Assembly (NCBI GenBank): GCA_045807245.1
Contig: JBJMHS010000032.1
Location: 1 to 64,000, forward strand
Origin: Actinomycetales bacterium
GTDB taxonomy: Bacteria > Actinomycetota > Actinomycetes > Actinomycetales > CAVURS01
Reading direction: 5' to 3'
DNA length: 64,000 nucleotides
Shown: piece by piece, positions 1 through 5,883 of the stretch
Numbering within the stretch: position 1 is the stretch's first letter
How the letters are laid out: each line of letters opens with the position of its first letter
Notes under the pieces: generated by a model
Seen by the model: only the letters and a program-made list of their open reading frames with translations
Database searches by the model: none
What the model was told of the DNA's origin: nothing
Translations under genes and position numbers: made by a program

Positions 1-87
1 CACAATATCCCAAAACTACGAAATACCCATCTAAGGCGACTTGTGGGAACACGCCTGCGAGTTCTTCAAAGAGTAGGAGGAGGGAAA

Positions 88-420
88 ATGTCGGCAGAGC
101 TTACGCCATACGTCGGCGGAGCCTTGATGCGCGATGCCCGTCGTGCCGGCCGGGAGATATCTCGTGGCCGTCTGGGCGCGCAAATTCGCACCAGTCAGGT
201 AGACAACGCGACAGACGTCGCTGTGGCGAAGATCGAGAATCTGACGATGGCCACCGGTAACGCCATGCAGCAGGTCACGCGGGTCGCGCAGGCACAGCGG
301 CAGCTGGAGCAGCTTGCTCCGGAGGCAACTGGCCGGTTGACCTACCTGGCCGACGACCACGTCCTCGGCTGCGCCGAACTCGTGGCCGATCTGCGACGCG
401 ATCTGCGCAGGGTGCGATGA
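88..420 (+). CDS. Hypothetical helical protein (110 aa) of the element
   Basis: Strong RBS AGGAGGAGG before ATG at 88. Stop overlaps the next ATG (ATGA 417-420). Confidence 0.75.
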   Translation: MSAELTPYVGGALMRDARRAGREISRGRLGAQIRTSQVDNATDVAVAKIENLTMATGNAMQQVTRVAQAQRQLEQLAPEATGRLTYLADDHVLGCAELVADLRRDLRRVR

Positions 421-626
421 CGGCGCTACTGGCCCTCGTCATCGCGGTCCTGGCGCTCGGCCTATCGGCGATCGGGGTCTGGGCGTGGGTCGGGTGGCGG
501 CAGGGCCGCGGGGCTCTGGACGTCCTTGCGGAGCGCCTGTACGTCGACAGCCGTCTCGAGGCACTGACGGCTCAGACGTTGAGCGCCATGCGTGAGGCGG
601 CGCGGCGAGCGGGTGGTCCATCGTGA
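417..626 (+). CDS. Small membrane protein with one N-terminal TM helix
   Basis: Hydrophobic stretch MTALLALVIAVLALGLSAIGVWAWVGW; ATGA coupling with the upstream ORF. Confidence 0.7.
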   Translation: MTALLALVIAVLALGLSAIGVWAWVGWRQGRGALDVLAERLYVDSRLEALTAQTLSAMREAARRAGGPS

Positions 627-648
627 CCGAGCACGCAGGCTCAAGCCG

Positions 649-852
649 ATGAAGGATCGAGGCGTCAGCCCACCGGATGAGCTCGGGATTCGGCTCGTGC
701 TCGCGCTGATGAACGGCACGGTCTCCAGCCTGCTGCGAATTGCGCGAGCGCGGGAGGCCGATTTGCCAAAGGTTGCGGCACATCTGCGGTGTCTGAGCGC
801 GCGGGTGGCTGGCGTGACGCTTGACGCCCTGCGGAGCTGGCCGACGGAATAA
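649..852 (+). CDS. Hypothetical protein (67 aa; start uncertain, possibly the remnant of a frameshifted gene)
   Basis: In-frame ATG at 649 within ORF 592..852; fills the gap in a tightly packed operon. Confidence 0.45.
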   Translation: MKDRGVSPPDELGIRLVLALMNGTVSSLLRIARAREADLPKVAAHLRCLSARVAGVTLDALRSWPTE

Positions 853-859
853 CCAGGCC

Positions 860-1048
860 ATGCTCGATCGACTGATGGGGATCTGCCTCACGATGCTGGC
901 TGGCGCGGTGGCGATCTATGTCGCGGTCCGGCTGATCGAGTCGGTCGCGACAGCGTTGCTAGTCATCGTCGCCGCGACCGGCGGATTGGTGATCGCTATA
1001 GGCATCGTGAGCCTCGCTTGGCGGCGTCATCGCGTGAATCGTTGGTAG
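860..1048 (+). CDS. Small membrane protein with two TM helices and basic C-terminus
   Basis: MLDRLMGICLTMLAGAVAIYVAVRLIESVATALLVIVAATGGLVIAIGIVSLAWRRHRVNRW: two hydrophobic segments. Confidence 0.7.
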   Translation: MLDRLMGICLTMLAGAVAIYVAVRLIESVATALLVIVAATGGLVIAIGIVSLAWRRHRVNRW

Positions 1049-1049
1049 C

Positions 1050-1312
1050 TCGGCGGTCATGTTGACTATTCCACAACACAATTCTTCACGTACACGCAGC
1101 GACCGCTTGGGGGCTGTTTTCAAGATGAGCGCGGTGTCGCGTCGCCCGTCTCATCGGTCGTCGCATCGCTGACCGCTGATATTGCAAATAATCCCGGGAT
1201 GGCTTTTAAGTAGTAATCACCCCGGGAGCGCTCCTTGCAGTTTTCTCGGTGGACTATCTCAATCAACCTCAAATGAAAAGACCCACGTCTCGACGGCCAT
1301 CGAGGACGGGGC
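1050..1312 (+). ncRNA. Candidate structured RNA or 5' leader (or ssDNA origin) upstream of the MT-A70 gene
   Basis: Nested complementary segments read by eye: 1050-1059/1170-1179, 1096-1105/1155-1164, 1106-1113/1117-1124, 1124-1129/1150-1155, TCCCGGG/CCCGGGA at about 1192-1227, and CGTCTCGA/TCGAGGACG at about 1286-1308. Several G-U pairs work only on the + strand. Confidence 0.35.
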
Positions 1313-1336
1313 AAGCAAAGAAAGGAGCGTGTTTAA

Positions 1337-1951
1337 ATGATAGCACAAAATAGCACGCGGTCCAGCCCCAGGGTTGAACGGCAGCGATTTCAAACCGTTC
1401 TGGCGGACCCACCGTGGGACGTGCAACAACGAGGAACGCTGGGTGCGGCGTCGCACTATGACTTGATGTCGGTGGAGGCCATCAAGGCGATGCCCGTGAC
1501 CGCGCTCACGGCCCCGGACTCGCACTGCTGGCTCTGGGTCACCAACGCCACCTTGCGGGCCGGCTACGACGTCATGGAGGCCTGGGGCTTCACGCCCCGC
1601 TCACCGTTGACCTGGATCAAGCCCCGCTTCACCCTCGGGAACTACCTGCGCAACGCCACCGAGCACCTGATCCTCGGCACACGGGGCAACGCCCCCGTCA
1701 GGTTCCGCTCCCAGCCGACGTGGATGTTCGCGCCCCTCCAGGAGCACTCCCACAAGCCCGAGGAGCAGTACGCCGTGATCGAGCGGGTCAGCGACGGCCC
1801 GTATCTGGAGTTGTTCGCCCGCCGGCGTCCGCCGTCCAACGCCGACTGGAGCGTCTGGGGCAACGAGGTCGAGGCCGACATCGTCATCCCCGGGTATCCA
1901 TTGCCCTCGGACCTGCGCCACAAGCGAGGAGGCGGTCGTGCCTCGGCGTAG
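1337..1951 (+). CDS. MT-A70 family N6-adenine methyltransferase
   Basis: VLADPPW catalytic motif, plus LWVTN, WGF, TEHL, HSHKP and YLELFAR motifs typical of MT-A70; RBS AAAGGAG. Confidence 0.92.
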   Translation: MIAQNSTRSSPRVERQRFQTVLADPPWDVQQRGTLGAASHYDLMSVEAIKAMPVTALTAPDSHCWLWVTNATLRAGYDVMEAWGFTPRSPLTWIKPRFTLGNYLRNATEHLILGTRGNAPVRFRSQPTWMFAPLQEHSHKPEEQYAVIERVSDGPYLELFARRRPPSNADWSVWGNEVEADIVIPGYPLPSDLRHKRGGGRASA

Positions 1952-2141
1952 GAAGCGGAAGACGAACCGCAAGCCGCAGGACGAGCGGTCACTGCGCGTA
2001 CGTGCGATTCGCCTTCAGTCACCGGACACCCGCAAGCTGGCCCGCGCCTACATCGGGCTGGCCCTCGCTCGGGCCGAGGCGGAAGCCCAGACGCAGGCCC
2101 GTCACGACCCGCACCCGGAGGACGGCGATGCGACTGACTAG
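1938..2141 (+). CDS. Small basic hypothetical protein
   Basis: RBS GAGGAGG before the GTG. It overlaps the MTase stop and the ATPase start; amphipathic helix PDTRKLARAYIGLALARA. Confidence 0.65.
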   Translation: MPRRRKRKTNRKPQDERSLRVRAIRLQSPDTRKLARAYIGLALARAEAEAQTQARHDPHPEDGDATD

Positions 2142-4320
2142 GGCACGCTCCATCGACCCGGGCTCGGGATGGGTGTTCTCCCACTTGCACCTGCCCCGTC
2201 CGCTGGAGGCCGAGCAGGTCGACGCAATGCTGCTGCGCCTGGCCGCCGACCGAGCCGCGCCACCGCTCGTCTTCGAGGCCAGGGCAGAACACGGCCAGCT
2301 CGTGCAGCATCTCGTCGGCACCCCGGCCGAACACGTCCTCTGGGTCCAACGCACCCTCCGCCACCTGTTGCCCGGCCTCGACGTGGACGCCCTCACCCGG
2401 GCGAGAGCGCCGGTTCAGCGGTCGGTGCGGCTGCGTATGCGACCGCGGGCGCTCGGGCTCTCCACAGAACGGGCCGAGGTGACGAGTCTGAGCCTTCTCT
2501 CCGCACTGGATGCCCGACTCAAACCCAACGAGCGGCTCGTCGTGCAGGTGGTCCTCGGCCATCGTCTACTCCCAAAGCACCTGCCGACCGACCTCCCCGA
2601 TCCAGACCAGCCATGGTGGCAACTCCTCTCGCACGGCCTTGAACGGGCGGCCAAGCCGGTGCGCGACCAGATCGATGTCCGATCCGGGCAGCACGGCTTC
2701 GCTGCCACCGTCCGCATCGGGGTCGCGGCTGAAAGTGCCGAGCGACGGCAGCAGCTTGTCATCGGCGTGATCGGCGCCCTATCAACAGCGGGCGACCGCG
2801 GGACCTACCTGGACCTGACCTTCGAACGGGCCTCGCGTCTGAATCACCCGAGTCTGCCCTGGCGCTGGCCATTGCGACTCGGAGCCACCGAGCTGACCGG
2901 GTTGCTCGGTTGGCCGCTCGGCGAGCGCGACCTCCCCGGCGTGGCGCCGCAGCATCCACGACCACTGCGAGTGCCGGCTGGCGTCAGCAGGACCGAGCGG
3001 ATCTTCGCAATCCCCGGCGCGCCGGGGCCGGACGCCCCGGTCGGAATCGCTGCTGAGGACATCACGGCACACCTGGTGGCCCTCGGGCCCACCGGTGTAG
3101 GCAAGTCGACCGCGCTGCTACACCTGATCAAGGCAGACATCGCGGCCGGACGACCAGTGCTGGTCATCGACCCCAAGTGGCAGCTCATCCGCGACATCAT
3201 CGAACGGGCCATCCCCAGCGACCGGATCGACGACGTGGTGGTTATCGACCCCGCCGAAGCTGCCAGTGGCAGCGTGGTCGGCTTCAACCCGCTTAACGTC
3301 GGCGACCGCGACCCCGACGTCGTCGTAGACGGCCTCGTCGCCGTGCTAAAGGCGGTCTTCCGCGATGGCTGGGGACCGCGCACCGAGGACGTCGTCCACT
3401 CAGGACTGCTCACCCTGGCCCGCGTCGGCGCCAGCAGGAAGACGCCGTTCACCCTTGTCGACCTCCCCCGGCTCCTCACCGACGAGCACTTCCGGTCTTC
3501 GGTCATCGGCCACGTGCTCAACGACCCGGGACTCGGATCTTTCTGGGCCTGGTACCTCGCCCTCTCGCCCGGCGCCCAAGCCCAAGCCATCGCAGCCCCG
3601 CTGAATAAGCTGCGCCAGTACCTACTGCGGCCAAGCCTGCGCGCCATCCTCGGTCAGCCCGATCCGGCCTTCCGGCTCCGCGACCTATTCACCAGCAACA
3701 AGATCGTGCTCGTCCCGCTCAACGAGGCGCTCATCGGGCCGATCACGGCTCAGCTGCTCGGCTCCCTCATCGTGGCCGAGACCTGGTCGGCGACTCTCGA
3801 GCGCGCCAAAGAGCCCGACCCGACCGCGCACCCGGCGACCGTGGTCATCGATGAGGTGCAGCAGTACCTGAATCTGCCGACCTCCATCGACGACGCCCTC
3901 AACCGCTCGCGCTCGCTCGGCGTCGGCTGGCACCTGGCTCACCAGTTCCGCGCCCAACTGCCCGCACCCGTGCGAGCGGCAGTCGACTCGAACGCCAAGT
4001 CCAAGATTGTCTTCCAGCCGCTGGATCCCGACGACGCCGCCGCCATGGCAAAGCAGGCCCCCGACCTGCAAGCCGTCGACTTCCTCTCGCTCGGCAAGTT
4101 CCAGGCCTACGCCAACCTCACCGCCGACGGAGCGCCCGCCGGCTGGGCGCTACTGCGAACGCTGCCACCACCCGAGCCAACCGGCCTCGGCGAGCAGGTT
4201 CGAGCCGTCAGCCGCGGACAGTACGCCACCAGCGTTGCCCGCGCCGCCGAGGCGACCCATCCGCCGGAGCCGCCGCAGCGTGACAGCGGCCCGGTTGGGC
4301 GTAAGCGGAGGCAAGCATGA
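2128..4320 (+). CDS. VirD4/TraG-like type IV coupling protein (HerA/FtsK-fold ATPase)
   Basis: Walker A GPTGVGKST, VLVIDPK, GFNPL, Walker B VVIDEVQQY, LAHQFRAQL; RBS GGAGG before ATG 2128. Confidence 0.88.
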   Translation: MRLTRARSIDPGSGWVFSHLHLPRPLEAEQVDAMLLRLAADRAAPPLVFEARAEHGQLVQHLVGTPAEHVLWVQRTLRHLLPGLDVDALTRARAPVQRSVRLRMRPRALGLSTERAEVTSLSLLSALDARLKPNERLVVQVVLGHRLLPKHLPTDLPDPDQPWWQLLSHGLERAAKPVRDQIDVRSGQHGFAATVRIGVAAESAERRQQLVIGVIGALSTAGDRGTYLDLTFERASRLNHPSLPWRWPLRLGATELTGLLGWPLGERDLPGVAPQHPRPLRVPAGVSRTERIFAIPGAPGPDAPVGIAAEDITAHLVALGPTGVGKSTALLHLIKADIAAGRPVLVIDPKWQLIRDIIERAIPSDRIDDVVVIDPAEAASGSVVGFNPLNVGDRDPDVVVDGLVAVLKAVFRDGWGPRTEDVVHSGLLTLARVGASRKTPFTLVDLPRLLTDEHFRSSVIGHVLNDPGLGSFWAWYLALSPGAQAQAIAAPLNKLRQYLLRPSLRAILGQPDPAFRLRDLFTSNKIVLVPLNEALIGPITAQLLGSLIVAETWSATLERAKEPDPTAHPATVVIDEVQQYLNLPTSIDDALNRSRSLGVGWHLAHQFRAQLPAPVRAAVDSNAKSKIVFQPLDPDDAAAMAKQAPDLQAVDFLSLGKFQAYANLTADGAPAGWALLRTLPPPEPTGLGEQVRAVSRGQYATSVARAAEATHPPEPPQRDSGPVGRKRRQA

Positions 4321-4532
4321 CCACTGTCTCGACTCACCCACTCCCAAGGTGCTGGCATCAAGGACCCACTGGATGCTTGAGCGCCACCATCGCTCCGACC
4401 ATCCTGTCGGGACCCTTAACGGCGGCGAGTATTGGCCGGTCGTCGGCCGTGACCCGCCTGCGGCGGGAGGGGACTGACCCCGCTTCGCGGGGTCGCGGAG
4501 CGACGCGACGTCCATGCAGGTATCCGCTATGA
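4317..4532 (+). CDS. Possible 71-aa bridge ORF linking the ATPase stop to the relaxase start
   Basis: ATGA overlap at both ends (4317-4320 and 4529-4532). The peptide has no recognisable motif. Confidence 0.35.
   Translation: MTTVSTHPLPRCWHQGPTGCLSATIAPTILSGPLTAASIGRSSAVTRLRREGTDPASRGRGATRRPCRYPL
4453..4494 (-). other. Two tandem DNA mini-hairpins with GNA triloops (oriT/nic or sso candidate)
   Basis: On the minus strand: CCCGCC-GCA-GGCGGG (4453-4467) and GACCCCGC-GAA-GCGGGGTC (4476-4494), just upstream of the relaxase gene. Confidence 0.45.
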
Positions 4533-5362
4533 GTCGCTCCGACATCAAGGTCATGATCGAGCGACTCAGTGAGCGGGACATCCTGCTGCTGCGGGACGTC
4601 GACAAGTTCAGGCTGCTGAACACCAAGCAGGTACAGCGCTTGCACTTCGACCACCGCCACATGACGCGGCTGGCGGCAGCCCGTGCCTGCAACCGGGTTC
4701 TCGCCCGGCTCCGGGACGTCAACGTCCTGCGGGCACTGGAGCGGCGCATCGGCGGCGTCCGAGCGGGCTCGGCTGGCTTCGTCTGGTACGTCGGGCCCGC
4801 CGGAGAACGAGTTCTGCGTGAACTGTCCGAGTCAAGGCCAGGCGGCCGTCGCAACTTCCGAGAGCCCACCCGCCTCTTCGTCGATCACACCCTCGCGGTC
4901 GCCGAGCTCGCCATCCAAGCCATCGAGGCCAGCCGAACCGGGGAGATCGAAGTCGTGGCCGTGCAGACCGAACCCGCCAACTGGCAACAGTCCCTGTCGG
5001 CGCACGGCACGGTCCAAACACTCAAACCCGACCTGCGGCTCGTGACAGCTGACGACGACTACGAGAACCACTGGTTCATCGAGGTCGACCTGGCCACCGA
5101 GCACCTCCCGGTAATTCTGCGCCAGTGCGCCGCCTACCAGGCCTTTCGGGCCACGGGCCGATACCAGGCTGCACACGGCGTCTTTCCCGAAGTCCTCTGG
5201 GTGACGCCCACTCCTGCCCGCAAAGCCGCCCTGACGGCCGCTGTGGCGGCCACAAAGGCCCTAGACCCGGCCCTGTTCCGGCTCTGCACCACGGCCGAGT
5301 ACGGAACAGCCGTGACAGGCCAGCCAGACGAGCCCGTGCCAGCAGGGCCAGTGCCCCCGTAA
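4529..5362 (+). CDS. Replication-relaxation family protein (MOBC-like relaxase, wHTH + PD-(D/E)XK)
   Basis: N-terminal LSERDILLL...RLLNTKQVQRLHF wHTH, HTLAVAE, and KPDL...WFIEVDLATE nuclease motif; adjacent to the T4CP. Alternative start at 4514. Confidence 0.88.
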   Translation: MSRSDIKVMIERLSERDILLLRDVDKFRLLNTKQVQRLHFDHRHMTRLAAARACNRVLARLRDVNVLRALERRIGGVRAGSAGFVWYVGPAGERVLRELSESRPGGRRNFREPTRLFVDHTLAVAELAIQAIEASRTGEIEVVAVQTEPANWQQSLSAHGTVQTLKPDLRLVTADDDYENHWFIEVDLATEHLPVILRQCAAYQAFRATGRYQAAHGVFPEVLWVTPTPARKAALTAAVAATKALDPALFRLCTTAEYGTAVTGQPDEPVPAGPVPP

Positions 5363-5498
5363 CCGGTGTCTGCGCAGGTCAACGCCATTTCGGACTGGAC
5401 TTCTCGGCCAAAGAGAGGGTCACTGTCCAGACGGCCCCAGGACGGACTCCACCCGGGGTTGTCACCCAGCAATTAATCGAAAGGAGGCATACAAGCCT

Positions 5499-5867
5499 AT
5501 GCAAGAACACCAACTACCCCAACAAACTCCGGAACCCGCCTCGGGAGCGCAGGAACGCGTCGAGCAGCACCAGAAGACGTTGGCGATCCGCATCGAGGAG
5601 GGCCTGCACGCCCAGCTCCGCTTCATCGCCCAGCTGTCCGGTAGCAGCATCAGCGACGAGATCCGCACAGCCATACAGAACCGGATCACCGCCGCCCAAG
5701 AGGATCCTGAACTGATCGCCAAAGCCCAGGCGACGCGTGATGACATCGAACGCGAGGCCGCCGCCCGTAGCGCAGCGATCGCCGGGTTCATCGGCACCAC
5801 CGCCGGAGGCGCGGCGGCAAGCCGCACCGCCAGGGCACGCCGCGGCCGCAACCCCGCCGACGCCTAG
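5499..5867 (+). CDS. Ribbon-helix-helix DNA-binding protein with coiled-coil tail
   Basis: KTLAIRIEEGLHAQLRFIAQLSGSSISDEIRTAI follows an RHH pattern; RBS AAAGGAGG. Confidence 0.72.
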   Translation: MQEHQLPQQTPEPASGAQERVEQHQKTLAIRIEEGLHAQLRFIAQLSGSSISDEIRTAIQNRITAAQEDPELIAKAQATRDDIEREAAARSAAIAGFIGTTAGGAAASRTARARRGRNPADA

Positions 5868-5883
5868 AAAGGGAGCCGCCGTC

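Noticed and set aside
1720..2127. N-terminal extension of the 866-aa ORF, and similar extensions of 5737.., 44025..45401 and 54584..56875
   Set aside because: They overlap better-supported upstream genes; RBS and motif evidence places the starts further downstream.
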